Counted from the whole stretch's first letter, positions 40,752 to 52,786 are shown. The stretch: 63,256 bases of DNA, filler included, from 6 parts of 6 records of this genome joined end to end with filler, not necessarily neighbours in it; one strand, 5' to 3'. A program made the numbers and translations. Notes: generated by a model from the letters alone, not told the origin.

Positions 40752-40879
40752 GCCATGCGCCCCAGGCCAAAATCGGTTTGGAAAAAGGCTAGCCCATGCA
40801 AGGGCGCGTGCCAATATTTTCGCAAAAGCAGTTTTTCAGTGCTGGCGCTGGAAATTCTAAGCAGCGCGCTAAATAGCAA

Positions 40880-40970
40880 CAAGCAGGCGTAGGGACATAC
40901 GCCTGCTTGCCGAAATTAGTGGCACCGGTTTTCCCAGGAAACGCGCGAACAGGACGGAAAAACCGGTGCC
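40880..40970. terminator. two stem-loops downstream of ccoP
   Basis: CAAGCAGGCGTA-N6-TACGCCTGCTTG (40880-40909) and GGCACCGGTTTT...AAAACCGGTGCC (40921-40970). Confidence 0.55.
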
Positions 40971-41013
40971 GGACCCGGGGGCGATTGCGCGCCCCAAGGT
41001 GTTCTGTAAGGGG

Positions 41014-41886
41014 TTATTCCCCGCCGCCCAGCCCGTGCACATAGGTTGCAACGGCGCGAATTTCGGCCTCGGACAGGCGGGTATTCCAGTTTGGCATCAC
41101 GCCATAGCGTGCGTTGTAAACCGTTTCATAAAGCGCGGCATAATCGCCACCAAACAGCCAGATTGCATCTGTCAGGTTGGGCGCGCCTTGGAAACGATCG
41201 CCGGTGCCGTCTTCCATGTGGCAGGCGGCGCAATTGTCTTGAAACACCACCTCGCCCTCGGCCACCAGGCTGGCATCTTGCGGGGTGTTGCCAGCCGAGA
41301 TCGACATGACATAGTTCACCACCTGCGCGATTTGCTCTTTTTCCAGCAGCTCGTCGCGGCCAAAGGCCGGCATCTGCGAGAAACGGGCATCTTCGTCATC
41401 GGTGTTGCGAATGCCGTGGGTGATGGTGGTGTGAATATCCTCTATCGTGCCACCCCACAGCCAGTCGTCATCCAGCAAGTTGGGATAGCCTTTGGCGCCC
41501 GCAGCCCCCGAACCATGGCACTGTGCGCACCATGTTTTGAACACCGCCGCACCCGCCGATACGGCATAGCCGCGCAATTCGCTGTCATCGGCGATCGAGG
41601 CCAGTTCCACACTGGCCAGCTTGTCGTTCATCGGGGCCAGTTTTTCTTCGAATTCGGCAATATTCTCAGCCACTTGGGCACGGGTTGAAAACCCCAGATA
41701 CCCCGCTGTGGCCGTTTTCAGCCCAGGCCAGGCCGGATAGGCCACAGAATACCAAACGCCCCAGGCGATACAGGCGTAAAACACCCACAACCACCAGCGC
41801 GGCAAAGGATTGTTAAACTCTTGAATGCCGTCCCACTCATGGCCCGTGGTTTCGACATCTTGTTTCTTATGCGGTTGTTTTGCCAT
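41014..41886 (-). CDS. ccoP: cbb3-type cytochrome c oxidase subunit III
   Basis: [16 protein letters not shown], two CxxCH motifs (CAQCH, CAACH). Confidence 0.96.
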   Translation of the reverse strand: MAKQPHKKQDVETTGHEWDGIQEFNNPLPRWWLWVFYACIAWGVWYSVAYPAWPGLKTATAGYLGFSTRAQVAENIAEFEEKLAPMNDKLASVELASIADDSELRGYAVSAGAAVFKTWCAQCHGSGAAGAKGYPNLLDDDWLWGGTIEDIHTTITHGIRNTDDEDARFSQMPAFGRDELLEKEQIAQVVNYVMSISAGNTPQDASLVAEGEVVFQDNCAACHMEDGTGDRFQGAPNLTDAIWLFGGDYAALYETVYNARYGVMPNWNTRLSEAEIRAVATYVHGLGGGE

Positions 41887-41889
41887 GGT

Positions 41890-42081
41890 TCACGCCTCCT
41901 CTGGGCGGCCGCCCGTGGGGGCGGGTTTGTCTTCGTGCCGAAACGGAATATCTGCGACATCGCGGTAGGTTTTCGTGCTGCCCGGACGCAGGACAAACAA
42001 GATAACACCAACGAAAAAGGCAAACATCGCAATCAGCATCCAGCTATCGGCGATCTGGCGAAGAAGGGAATATGTGTCCAT
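41890..42081 (-). CDS. ccoQ: cbb3-type oxidase subunit IV
   Basis: MDTYSLLRQIADSW, one TM segment, IPFR. Confidence 0.92.
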   Translation of the reverse strand: MDTYSLLRQIADSWMLIAMFAFFVGVILFVLRPGSTKTYRDVADIPFRHEDKPAPTGGRPEEA

Positions 42082-42095
42082 CTCTTGGCCCCCTC

Positions 42096-42137
42096 TTAGC
42101 GGCTTGCATCAGGCGTGAAGGTCGAGAAATCGACCAG
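42096..42137 (-). CDS. ccoO: cbb3-type oxidase subunit II, last 13 codons only
   Basis: LVDFSTFTPDASR* directly upstream of ccoQ. Confidence 0.8.
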   Translation of the reverse strand: MVDFSTFTPDASR

Positions 42138-42138
42138 C

Positions 42139-42238
42139 NNNNNNNNNNNNNNNNNNNNNNNNNNNNNNNNNNNNNNNNNNNNTTAATTAATTAANNNNNN
42201 NNNNNNNNNNNNNNNNNNNNNNNNNNNNNNNNNNNNNN
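42139..42238. other. artificial contig spacer
   Basis: N44-TTAATTAATTAA-N44. Confidence 0.99.
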
Positions 42239-42304
42239 TAGACGCGCAGCGTTGAGGTCGCTGTGGGGCAACCCGTGGAGGTTCGAGTCCTCTCGACCGC
42301 ACCA
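42239..42304 (+). tRNA. tRNA-Leu(GAG), 5'-truncated
   Basis: Anticodon arm CAGCG-TTGAGGT-CGCTG, long variable arm GGG-GCAA-CCC, T arm GGAGG-TTCGAGT-CCTCT, encoded CCA. Confidence 0.93.
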
Positions 42305-42319
42305 TTCATTTCCGGTGGC

Positions 42320-42613
42320 GCAGCGCGCCTGATGGAAGCGCTCATGCGGATCGCCGAGATCCGCACGCGGGTCCGCAGGGGGGGCGGGGAACAGAAGATC
42401 GAGGCGCATGAACTGGTGCCGGGCGATCTGGTCGTTCTGGCGGCGGGCGACGTCGTGACGGCCGAACTGAGACTTGTCGAAGCATCGAACCTTCAGGCCG
42501 ACGAAAGCGTCCTGACGGGGGGAGTCGGTTCCGGTCGGCAAGGCGGTGAAGCCGGTCGCCGATGACGCCTCTTTGGGCGACCGCGCCAGCATGGCGTTCA
42601 AGGGCACCGCGAT
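42320..42613 (+). pseudogene. internal fragment of a P-type II cation ATPase, frameshifted
   Basis: ELVPGDLVVLAAGD..ADESVLTG, then +1 shift in the G6 run (42517-42522) to ESVPVGK...DRASMAFKGT. Confidence 0.8.
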
Positions 42614-42705
42614 GGCGCCTTCAACGGAAAAACGCCTTACGAAGCGATTCGAGAACGACTATATTTCTGCAATCAGGTGTCTCGCTGATTGGCTGATATT
42701 ACTCA
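42611..42705 (+). mobile_element. 3' remnant of an IS481-like transposase and its right end
   Basis: GAFNGKTPYEAIRERL resembles the IS481/rve C-terminal HxxLxGxTP region. Confidence 0.55.
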
Positions 42706-42721
42706 TCCGATTGCTGTTTTC

Positions 42722-42749
42722 TTGACATATCATGATACATCATGATATG
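42722..42749 (+). promoter_or_regulatory. toxin-antitoxin promoter/operator
   Basis: TTGACA overlapping the perfect inverted repeat CATATCATGAT-AC-ATCATGATATG (two ATCATGAT palindromes). Confidence 0.75.
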
Positions 42750-42775
42750 CAGATTATAGAGATTGGAGGTGTGCC

Positions 42776-43006
42776 ATGGCGACCAAAGCACGCGAAAAAT
42801 TCGCAACTCAGGTAAGTTCGGAGATTCTGTCGGCCGTCCGCGACCTGGCACAGGACGAAGGGCGACAGTTGCAGGCTCTGGTAGATGAGGCGCTGGCCGA
42901 TCTGATCGAGAAGCGCAAGCAGGGCCGGCCGCGCACGCATGTCATGGCAGCCTATCAGGCCAGCCACGACAAGTATGCGCCGCTCTACAAGAATCTTGCT
43001 GAATGA
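42776..43006 (+). CDS. antitoxin (RHH-like N-terminus, Phd-like C-terminal tail)
   Basis: KFATQV...QALVDEALADLIEK; ends YAPLYKNLAE; ATGA overlap with the toxin; RBS GGAGG. Confidence 0.8.
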   Translation: MATKAREKFATQVSSEILSAVRDLAQDEGRQLQALVDEALADLIEKRKQGRPRTHVMAAYQASHDKYAPLYKNLAE

Positions 43007-43380
43007 CGGACTACCTGAGCGTCATTGAGGTTCTCATGATCCACGATGACCAGATAGAACGCTATGGCGGTGGGACAGGAGTGCGTGACCGGGGAGCTTT
43101 GGAAGCAGCCCTGTTTCGCCCTCAGACTGGCTATTACGCCGATCTGATCGAAGAGGCAGCCGCGCTGTGGGAAAGTCTCGCGCAAAACCACCCTTTCATC
43201 GACGGCAACAAACGCACTGCTTTTGCCGTCACCTATACCTTCCTTGCGATCAACGGCACGCGGATCACTGCCGATGCCGATGATACCTATGCCTTTATTA
43301 TCGGCCTCCATGAGACCGGCACATTCTCAATCGATCAACTGGCAATCTGGCTGCGAGCTAACGTCTCGGCTGATCCGTAA
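43003..43380 (+). CDS. doc: Doc/Fic-family toxin
   Basis: IHD..I..YGG..GVRD.G.LE.A..RP, HPFIDGNKRTA. Confidence 0.92.
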   Translation: MTDYLSVIEVLMIHDDQIERYGGGTGVRDRGALEAALFRPQTGYYADLIEEAAALWESLAQNHPFIDGNKRTAFAVTYTFLAINGTRITADADDTYAFIIGLHETGTFSIDQLAIWLRANVSADP

Positions 43381-43605
43381 TCCGCTCCGAACTGACTTGT
43401 CCGCAAGCGTGAGGGAATCATCTTTCAGGGCGACCTCACAGATCCGTTTCAGTTTCGGAGAGGTCGCGCCGGGGATCGCCACGCGATCGGCGCAGGCTTC
43501 GGCGGGAGCAGCTCCATTGTAATAGATGTCCGGGGCGGCAAAAGCGGGTTCGGCGGCAAAGCCGAGAGCGAGCAGGCCGGTGGTGATGCTTCGGGAGGAG
43601 AGCAT
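43327..43605 (-). pseudogene. exported protein, probably 3'-truncated by the islet
   Basis: Signal peptide (AFA), RBS GAAAGG, two Cys; runs 54 nt antisense into doc. Confidence 0.5.
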
Positions 43606-43631
43606 GGAAGTGCCTTTCAGTGGCTATTTTA

Positions 43632-43865
43632 GTGTATATGCACGATATCGGCTAAGCCGCAGCGTGCGGGGAAAGATCCCGTCCGGCCGATGAAAGCCGG
43701 ACGGGGTGAGAGTGAGGCCGACATACGGAGGTGTCTGAAAGGGTGATGCCGAACTTTTAAAAAGTGTATATGCACTATATTGGGTTTTCCAGATACGGAC
43801 TCTAAAGCGTGACCGTAGTAAAACTCGGCGTGATTGGACTTCCTTCTAAAAGGCTGCATATACAC
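43632..43865. promoter_or_regulatory. three copies of a GTGTATATGCAC quasi-palindromic operator (probably MarR)
   Basis: 43632-43643, 43764-43775 and inverted 43854-43865 (11/12), the last over the marR -10 region. Confidence 0.75.
43671..43760 (-). ncRNA. candidate ~90-nt sRNA
   Basis: Starts just after operator copy 2; hairpin GACA-CCUCCGUA-UGUC; 10-bp terminal stem followed by AUCUUUC. Confidence 0.4.
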
Positions 43866-43868
43866 GGT

Positions 43869-44330
43869 ATGATGACCGACAAGATCGACTCCGATGAACT
43901 CCTGTCCGAAGTGACAGGGACTTGCGTGGCGGGCCGCGTGCTGCGTGCAGCACGCCTGATCACCCGTCACTATGACGATGCGCTGCGCCCGACCGGGCTG
44001 ACCATCACCCAGTTTGGTTTGCTGCATGTGATCGGCCGGTACGAGCCGGACTCGATTTCGCGCGTGGCTGAATTGATGAATCTCGACCGGACGTCCCTGT
44101 CCCGGAACCTGAAACCGCTTGAAAACGCGGGCTACGTCCACCGCGGCAATGAAGGGAAGGGCCGCAAGCGCCGCGTCCTGCTCACCACGCTCGGCCTCAA
44201 GAAACTGCAAGAAGCGCGGCCCTACTGGAAAGCTGCGCAAGCAAAGATGGAGGCTGTGCTGGGCGACACACATCTCGGCAATCTGACAGAGGCCTTGCGG
44301 GAAGTCCGACCAGACGTGCTGTCCTCCTGA
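43869..44330 (+). CDS. MarR-family regulator
   Basis: CVAGRVLRAARLITRHYDDALRPTGLTITQF, DRTSLSRNLKPLE, LTTLG; probably leaderless. Confidence 0.9.
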   Translation: MMTDKIDSDELLSEVTGTCVAGRVLRAARLITRHYDDALRPTGLTITQFGLLHVIGRYEPDSISRVAELMNLDRTSLSRNLKPLENAGYVHRGNEGKGRKRRVLLTTLGLKKLQEARPYWKAAQAKMEAVLGDTHLGNLTEALREVRPDVLSS

Positions 44331-44393
44331 TATCTTCACGTCGGGAGAGTGAGGGCCTTGCCGCGGCGCAGCAACAGCGGCAAGACAGGCGCC

Positions 44394-45776
44394 ATGACCG
44401 ATGTGTCCACGCCTCCCAATCCGGCGCCAGAGCCGCCGAATGTCGATCCGGATCTGCTGGACGACCTCATCGACGCCGTCGATGAGAAGGATACGCGCTG
44501 GCTGGCGCGGACACTCCAGCGCATGCACCCAGCCGATGCGGCCGACCTGCTGGAAGCGCTGCATTTCGACACATTCTCGGAGGCCGTGGAGCTGCTGGGC
44601 GGGGAGCTGCCGTCCGACATCCTGATCGAGCTGCGCGATTCCTATCGCGAGGAGGCCGTCGACGTCCTGCCGGACACGGCGGTCGCCAACGCGCTCGACG
44701 AACTCGACTCCGATGACGCCACCGTTATCCTGGAAGACCTCGAGGACGAACGCCGCGAGCGCATCCTCGAAGACCTCGAACCCTTCGACCGGGCCCAGCT
44801 GGAACGCGGCCTGGCCTATGAAGAGGAATCGGCCGGCCGTCTCATGCAGACGGAATTCGTGGCCGTGCCGGAATACTGGACCGTCGGCCATGCCATCGAC
44901 CACGCCCGGGAACTGGGCGAGGAGCTGCCGGAAGTCTTCTACGAGATCTATGTGATCGACCCGGCCTACCGGCTGCAGGGAATCGTACAGCTGGCGACGC
45001 TGATGCGCACGCCGCGCGAGGTACAGCTTTCCGACATCATGACCGATCCCTTGTCGGACATCCGCACTGACATGGACCAGGAAGAAGTTGCTTTCCAGTT
45101 CCAGAAATACTCGCTGGCGTCTGCGCCGGTGAAGGACACTGCGGGGCGCCTCGTCGGGATGATCACGGTCGACGACATGGTCGACGTCATCCAGGAAGAG
45201 GCCGAGGAAGACCTGTTCTCGCTGCTCAACGTCAGCTCCGCTGATGGGGCAGACTCCGTCGTCGATACAGTGCGCGCGCGAGCGCCTTGGCTGGCTGTGA
45301 ACCTGATCACGGCGTTCATCGCTTCCGGCATTATCTCGCTGTTTGAAGGCACGCTGAACCAGGTCGTTCAGCTGGCGATCCTGATGCCCGTTGTCGCGGC
45401 GCTGGGCGGCAATGCCGGCAGCCAGGGTCTCGTGGTGGCCGTGCGCGCCATTGCCGAACGCCAGCTGGAAGGCGATGCCGTCCGCCGGGCCATCCTGCGG
45501 GAAGCGCTGAGCGGGGTGGTAAACGGCCTGCTGTTCGCCGTGGGCGTCGGATTGGTGGCCCTTGTCTGGTTCCACAATGTGGAACTGTCGATTGTATTGG
45601 GGATCGCCATGCTGGCGACGTTCCTGTGGGCGGCCTTCTCGGGCATCCTCGTGCCGCTCGGACTCAAGAAGCTGGGCGCCGACCCGGCGGTAGCCTCCTC
45701 GGTCTTCGTATTGACGCTGACCGATGTGATGGCATTTTTCTCCTTCCTGGGACTGGCGACGCTGGTTCTGCTCTGA
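44394..45776 (+). CDS. mgtE: magnesium transporter MgtE
   Basis: MHPADAADLLE, SAGRLM, CBS pair, RAPWL, MPVVAALGGNAGSQ, DPAVASS...TD. Confidence 0.95.
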   Translation: MTDVSTPPNPAPEPPNVDPDLLDDLIDAVDEKDTRWLARTLQRMHPADAADLLEALHFDTFSEAVELLGGELPSDILIELRDSYREEAVDVLPDTAVANALDELDSDDATVILEDLEDERRERILEDLEPFDRAQLERGLAYEEESAGRLMQTEFVAVPEYWTVGHAIDHARELGEELPEVFYEIYVIDPAYRLQGIVQLATLMRTPREVQLSDIMTDPLSDIRTDMDQEEVAFQFQKYSLASAPVKDTAGRLVGMITVDDMVDVIQEEAEEDLFSLLNVSSADGADSVVDTVRARAPWLAVNLITAFIASGIISLFEGTLNQVVQLAILMPVVAALGGNAGSQGLVVAVRAIAERQLEGDAVRRAILREALSGVVNGLLFAVGVGLVALVWFHNVELSIVLGIAMLATFLWAAFSGILVPLGLKKLGADPAVASSVFVLTLTDVMAFFSFLGLATLVLL

Positions 45777-45814
45777 CGTCCGGCAAAGGCGACGGACTCC
45801 CGCCTCAGGGGAAA

Positions 45815-45830
45815 AGGCGCGCTATTTGCA
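45815..45830 (+). promoter_or_regulatory. sigma54 (-24/-12) promoter of spmX
   Basis: AGGCGC-GCTAT-TTGCA with GG-N10-GC spacing; Caulobacter spmX is sigma54/TacA-dependent. Confidence 0.7.
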
Positions 45831-45893
45831 CGGGTGCGGAATAGAAAAACACCAACTGTTTCAATACGGGAGCCATTTCTCTTGGCCCTGCCA

Positions 45894-47042
45894 ATGCGCA
45901 CGTCTGGAGCCGGGGTCGAGCTTATCAAGAGCTTCGAGGGCTTCCGTGCGCGCGCAACCCGCCTGCCGGATGGCACCTGGATCGTCGGATACGGACACAC
46001 AGCCGGGGCCCGCGAAGGCTTGCGGGTCACCCGCGCGGACGCTGAACTCGTCCTGCGCCACCATGACCTGAAGCCGATTGAAACGCTGATTGGCGAGTCC
46101 GTCCTGACACCGCTGACCCAGAACGAGTTTGATGCTCTGGTCTCCTTTGCGTTCAATATCGGGCCAAAGGCCTTTCTCGAGTCCAACGTGCTGGCGCTGC
46201 TGAACAGCGGCGAGCGCTTGCAGGCCGCCGAAGGCATGTCGGCCTGGCGCAAAGGCCGGGTCGATGGCGAAGTTCGTGTGGTTGATGCGCTGGTGCGCCG
46301 CCGCGCCGCAGAGAAGGCTCTGTTCCTGGAACACCCGTCGGGCCGCATCCCTGTGCCTGGCGCGCTGCTGCGCCCGCAATTTGACCCAGGCGCCGCGCTG
46401 GCCATGTCCCGCGAGCGGGCCGTGGTGATCGAAGCCCGTACCGAGGATGGCCGCACATCTGCTGCGCCGCCGAGACCTGTCTCCGAATCCACAGCGCAAG
46501 CCGCTGCCCGCGCTGTGGGTGAGCGGATGACGAAGCTGCTCGGCGACGAACCTGAGCAAACAGCGCCTCGGGAAGCGACCGACACGAGTGTGCCTACGGC
46601 CGACGAGATCACGCGCGCCGTCTCCGCCCTGGCAGAGCCGGACGGAGTAGGGGAAGACGTCCCAGACGATACCGTCATCGAAGCCCGTCCGGCCCCTGCC
46701 GCGCCGCCGCGCCAGCCGGCAAGGCCCGCGCCGGTTCGCCCTGGGCCCGTGCCGTCAGAAGGCCGCCGGGAAATCCTGCGTCCGCCAGCGCTTCCGCCAT
46801 CACGCAGCAATGGCATCAATGGCGACATCAGCGTCATGCGGTGGCTGCCTTATGCGCTGCTGTCCGGTCTGGGCCTCTGGGGCGTGTTCGAAGGGGTCCG
46901 CCGTACGGCCATGCCGGCCGCCCAGCGCTTTCCGGCTGGTGAAGGCGAGGCCTTTGTCGGGCCGCTTCTGGCCTTTGGCTCGGCCCTCCTGAGCGTGCTG
47001 GCCATCTATTATCTCTATCGCGCAATTACCCGGCAGGATTGA
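45894..47042 (+). CDS. spmX: SpmX polarity factor (GH24 lysozyme domain, Pro-rich linker, 2 TM)
   Basis: LIKSFEGFR...GYGHT, QNEFDALVSFAFNIG, DALVRRRAAEKALFL; located between mgtE and ivd; start could be TTG 45882. Confidence 0.88.
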   Translation: MRTSGAGVELIKSFEGFRARATRLPDGTWIVGYGHTAGAREGLRVTRADAELVLRHHDLKPIETLIGESVLTPLTQNEFDALVSFAFNIGPKAFLESNVLALLNSGERLQAAEGMSAWRKGRVDGEVRVVDALVRRRAAEKALFLEHPSGRIPVPGALLRPQFDPGAALAMSRERAVVIEARTEDGRTSAAPPRPVSESTAQAAARAVGERMTKLLGDEPEQTAPREATDTSVPTADEITRAVSALAEPDGVGEDVPDDTVIEARPAPAAPPRQPARPAPVRPGPVPSEGRREILRPPALPPSRSNGINGDISVMRWLPYALLSGLGLWGVFEGVRRTAMPAAQRFPAGEGEAFVGPLLAFGSALLSVLAIYYLYRAITRQD

Positions 47043-47080
47043 TTGCTGACAGGCCGGGAACGGCCTGCTAATCAACCGCC

Positions 47081-48253
47081 ATGATTGCGAACACATATCC
47101 CACCCTGAACTTCGACCTCGGCGAAACCGCCGACATGATCCGCGAAACCGTGGCAAGTTTTGCCCAGAACGAGATCGCGCCCCGCGCCGCCGAGATCGAC
47201 CGGACGGACACGTTTCCACGTGACCTTTTGCCCAAGATGGGCGAACTCGGCCTGCTTGGCATTACGGTCGAAGAAGAATGGGGCGGCACCGGCCTCGGTT
47301 ATCTCGAACACGTCGTCGCGATGGAGGAAATCTCCCGCGCGTCCGCGTCCGTCGGCCTCTCCTATGGCGCCCATTCGAACCTCTGCGTGAACCAGATCCG
47401 CCGCTGGGCCTCTGACGCCCAGAAGGCGCGCTACCTGCCGAAGCTGATGACCGGCGAGCACCTCGGCTCCCTCGCCATGAGCGAAAGCGGGGCAGGCTCT
47501 GATGTTGTCTCGATGAAACTGCGCGCCGAGAAGAAGGGTGACCGCTATGTGCTGAACGGCACGAAGATGTGGATTACCAATGCGCCGGATGCGGATGTCC
47601 TCGTGGTCTATGCCAAGACGGAGCCCGAGGCCGGATCAAAAGGCATCACCGCCTTCCTGATCGAGCGGGACATGAAAGGCTTTTCCGTCGCGCAGAAGCT
47701 GGACAAGCTGGGCATGCGCGGCTCGGAGACAGGCGAGCTTGTCTTCGAGGATTGCGAAGTGCCGGAAGAAAACATCATGGGGCCACTGAATGGCGGTGTC
47801 CGTGTGCTGATGAGCGGTCTCGACTACGAACGCGCCGTGCTGTCGGCCGGGCCGACCGGAATCATGCAGGCCTGCATGGATGTGGTGATCCCGTACATCC
47901 ATGACCGCAAACAGTTCGGCCAGTCGATCGGCGAGTTCCAGCTGATCCAGGGCAAGGTCGCGGACATGTATGTCCAGATGAATGCGGCCAAGGCGTACGT
48001 CTATGCCGTCGCCAAATCCTGCGACCGGGGCGAGACCACTCGCAAGGATGCCGCCGGCGCGATCCTCTACGCGGCTGAGACGGCCACGAAGCTCGCGCTC
48101 GATGCGATCCAGATCCTCGGCGGGAATGGCTATATCAACGAATACCCGACCGGTCGCCTGCTGCGCGATGCGAAGCTTTACGAGATCGGGGCAGGGACGT
48201 CCGAGATCCGCCGCTGGCTGATCGGACGGGAGCTGTTCGGCGAAACCGCATGA
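47081..48253 (+). CDS. ivd: isovaleryl-CoA dehydrogenase
   Basis: [46 protein letters not shown]. Confidence 0.95.
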   Translation: MIANTYPTLNFDLGETADMIRETVASFAQNEIAPRAAEIDRTDTFPRDLLPKMGELGLLGITVEEEWGGTGLGYLEHVVAMEEISRASASVGLSYGAHSNLCVNQIRRWASDAQKARYLPKLMTGEHLGSLAMSESGAGSDVVSMKLRAEKKGDRYVLNGTKMWITNAPDADVLVVYAKTEPEAGSKGITAFLIERDMKGFSVAQKLDKLGMRGSETGELVFEDCEVPEENIMGPLNGGVRVLMSGLDYERAVLSAGPTGIMQACMDVVIPYIHDRKQFGQSIGEFQLIQGKVADMYVQMNAAKAYVYAVAKSCDRGETTRKDAAGAILYAAETATKLALDAIQILGGNGYINEYPTGRLLRDAKLYEIGAGTSEIRRWLIGRELFGETA

Positions 48254-48798
48254 GCCTGAAGATCCGTCTGGCGACGTCTGACGACGCCGGATGGATCGCC
48301 GGCATTTACGCCCCCTATGTACGCGAGACGGTCATCTCGTTCGAGATGGAGCCACCCTCTGCGGAGGAAATGGCGCAGCGTATTGAATCCACACTCAAGA
48401 CTTACCCCTGGCTCGTCGCGGAAGAAGGCGGCACGCCGCTTGGATATGCCTATGCCTCCCAGCACAGGGCGCGGGCGGCCTATCGCTGGTCCTGCGATGT
48501 CAGCGTCTATGTCGCGCCGCGCGCCCAGCGCAAAGGTGCAGGAATGCAGCTCTATGTCCGTCTACTGGACATGCTGGAGGGGCAGGGCTTCCGGAACGCC
48601 TTTGCCGGGATCGCCCTGCCGAATGACGCCAGCATTGCACTGCATGAGCGTCTCGGTTTTACACATCTCGGGACGTACAGGGATGTCGGCTACAAGCTCG
48701 GCGCCTGGCACGATGTCGGCTGGTGGCAGAAAAACCTGACAGACGCGCCCGGAATACCGCGCGATCCCGTGGCGCTGCCGGATTTCTTGCGGCGTTAG
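48250..48798 (+). CDS. GNAT N-acetyltransferase (phosphinothricin/ArsN1-like)
   Basis: [52 protein letters not shown]. Confidence 0.88.
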   Translation: MSLKIRLATSDDAGWIAGIYAPYVRETVISFEMEPPSAEEMAQRIESTLKTYPWLVAEEGGTPLGYAYASQHRARAAYRWSCDVSVYVAPRAQRKGAGMQLYVRLLDMLEGQGFRNAFAGIALPNDASIALHERLGFTHLGTYRDVGYKLGAWHDVGWWQKNLTDAPGIPRDPVALPDFLRR

Positions 48799-48811
48799 AG
48801 AGCCGCCCCCG

Positions 48812-50785
<1,974 letters not shown>

Positions 50786-50852
50786 GATCTCCCATCCTCC
50801 CCCGTCAGCCCTGAGGGAATCTGCCCGAATATGCTTAATACTGTATTGAAGA

Positions 50853-52670
50853 TTACAGGTTTGTCAGAACCGCCGATTCCTGCCGGATGGGTGACGCCAG
50901 AGGTGCTTGATCCAGCGCGAGCAGGGCGGCCTGATAGCCGGATTCAACGCTGGCGTCATAATTTTCCCAGTCGCGCAGCTCGGTTTCCGCCAGTTCCGGC
51001 AGGATCAGCACGTCCGTTATGTCCCGTCCGAACTGGGTATCTGCCCGGATCGTCGCCGATCGCATGAGGACCCCGGCGATCGGCGGTGGATTGGAGAATC
51101 CATGCCGCGCGACCCAGCGGAAAAAGCCCGCGGGCTTTTCGAATTCGTCGATCTTCAGCCCCTCTGGCTGGCGCGTCACATCGGAACCGATAACGAAACC
51201 GCGATGCATGTCGCGCATCACATCCACTGGGAAATTATTCAGCACGGCGCCATCGACCAGCAGTTCGTTGCCATCGACAACCGGCGGCAGGATTCCCGGA
51301 AGGGAGATCGTGGCGCGCAACGCATCGCGCAGGAGGCCGGTCCGGTGAATGCGCTGCGTCCCGGTCATCAGATTCGTGGACGTGGCGAAGAAGGGCAGTT
51401 CCAGGTCGCCGATCTCCACGTCTCCGAAATGCTCCTTCAGGCGAGCATTCACGCGCACGCCCTTGACCATGCCGACGACGGGCAGCGTGTAGTCGCCCAG
51501 TGGATTGCTCTCGACGAAGGCCTTGCGGATGCGCATGTCGATCTCGGCATCGTCCCAGCCCATGGCCACACAGGCGGCGATGACCGCGCCCATGGAAGCT
51601 CCGCCGACAAAGTCTATCGGGATGCCCCGGTCGCGCATCGCCCGCACGACGCCGATGTGCGAATAGGCGCGCGCACCGCCGCCGGAGAGGATCAGCCCGA
51701 CCGACACACCCGCCATGACCCGGGCCAGCCGGTCACAGTTTGCGCCTTCCATGCCCTGCCAGTGGAACAGGCGACTCGCGCCCGCCGCTTCCAGCCATTC
51801 GACCGGCTTGCAGGCGCGGCGATTGTCTCCCGGGTGCAGCAGCAGCACGTCGACCAGTTTCAGTTCGCGGGCAGGGGAATCGTCTTCCGGCATCAGTGGA
51901 TTGGACGGCTTGGCATCGGCCCGGCCGACCACCCAGATCCGGTCTGCCTGGCGCACGGAGAGGCGGTACCAGCGTGTATCGCCGATGGTGGAGATCAGGA
52001 TCACCACGTCATGGCGCTGTTCCAGATCGTCAAAGAAGGCGGCGGGCTTGTCCTCGCCCATACGCTCGCCGACGACGATGGCGGTCTTGCCGAGGGCTTC
52101 GACGCTCGCCTTCAGCGCTTTGGCCCGCAATTCGAGATCGATGGTCGGGGAGGTCGCCACCAGCGTGAAGACTTTCGGCGCGGCGCTGACATTGCGCTGT
52201 CCTTCCCGGCCGACCCGGCGCAGGATGATGCGGATCATGTGCTCCAGCAGTTCCGGCTCGGACTTGACGAGCTGGCGCCAGCCCTCGCGCGAGAAGCCGA
52301 CCACCTCGGAATCGCGCAGGGCATAGACCGAACTGGTATGCGGAGCGTCTTCAGCGGCGCCGTCTCCGTCCAGGTCAACGCCGCCCAGGAACAGCGCCAT
52401 CTCGCCCACCGGCTCGCCGGGGCGGATATGGCCGACAAATTCGGTCTGCCCGTTGGGATTCGCCCGGAAAGCGCCAAGCGCGCCCGACAGGACGAAATAG
52501 ATCATGTCGGCCGGTTCGTTGCGCAGGAACAGCGTCCCGCCCGCCGGCACGCAAAACCATGAGGCTTCGCGCCCGGCCGCTTTCATCGCCTTGGCCGGCA
52601 CATCCTTGAGGAAGGCAATCGCCTTCAGGGAGGGCGTAATATCCAGCTTCATATTCCTGAACATGCGCAT
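50853..52670 (-). CDS. cNMP-binding patatin-like phospholipase (NTE-like)
   Basis: N-terminal cNMP domain (GEPVGEMAL); SGGGARA, GASMG, VDGA. Confidence 0.9.
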   Translation of the reverse strand: MRMFRNMKLDITPSLKAIAFLKDVPAKAMKAAGREASWFCVPAGGTLFLRNEPADMIYFVLSGALGAFRANPNGQTEFVGHIRPGEPVGEMALFLGGVDLDGDGAAEDAPHTSSVYALRDSEVVGFSREGWRQLVKSEPELLEHMIRIILRRVGREGQRNVSAAPKVFTLVATSPTIDLELRAKALKASVEALGKTAIVVGERMGEDKPAAFFDDLEQRHDVVILISTIGDTRWYRLSVRQADRIWVVGRADAKPSNPLMPEDDSPARELKLVDVLLLHPGDNRRACKPVEWLEAAGASRLFHWQGMEGANCDRLARVMAGVSVGLILSGGGARAYSHIGVVRAMRDRGIPIDFVGGASMGAVIAACVAMGWDDAEIDMRIRKAFVESNPLGDYTLPVVGMVKGVRVNARLKEHFGDVEIGDLELPFFATSTNLMTGTQRIHRTGLLRDALRATISLPGILPPVVDGNELLVDGAVLNNFPVDVMRDMHRGFVIGSDVTRQPEGLKIDEFEKPAGFFRWVARHGFSNPPPIAGVLMRSATIRADTQFGRDITDVLILPELAETELRDWENYDASVESGYQAALLALDQAPLASPIRQESAVLTNL

Positions 52671-52786
52671 CGCCTGCGGCCTTTCCTAGGGGGCTTTTTC
52701 GCCAGTCTGGTAAAAACCGGTGACACACGCGTGACACCTGACCCAGAGGCAGCTAAGCCTGCCAAAAACTTCTGAAGGGAGGCTGA

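Noticed and set aside
43629-45575. 648-aa minus-strand ORF, and similar long shadows at 45368-46837, 49052-50392, 50907-52562, 52649-53860, 15037-16062, 27634-28830 and 38411-39607
   Set aside because: They are antisense to or overlap well-supported genes in high-GC DNA and have no recognisable motifs.
45894-47042. Lysozyme as evidence of a prophage lysis cassette
   Set aside because: There is no holin or other phage gene, and the architecture and synteny match SpmX.
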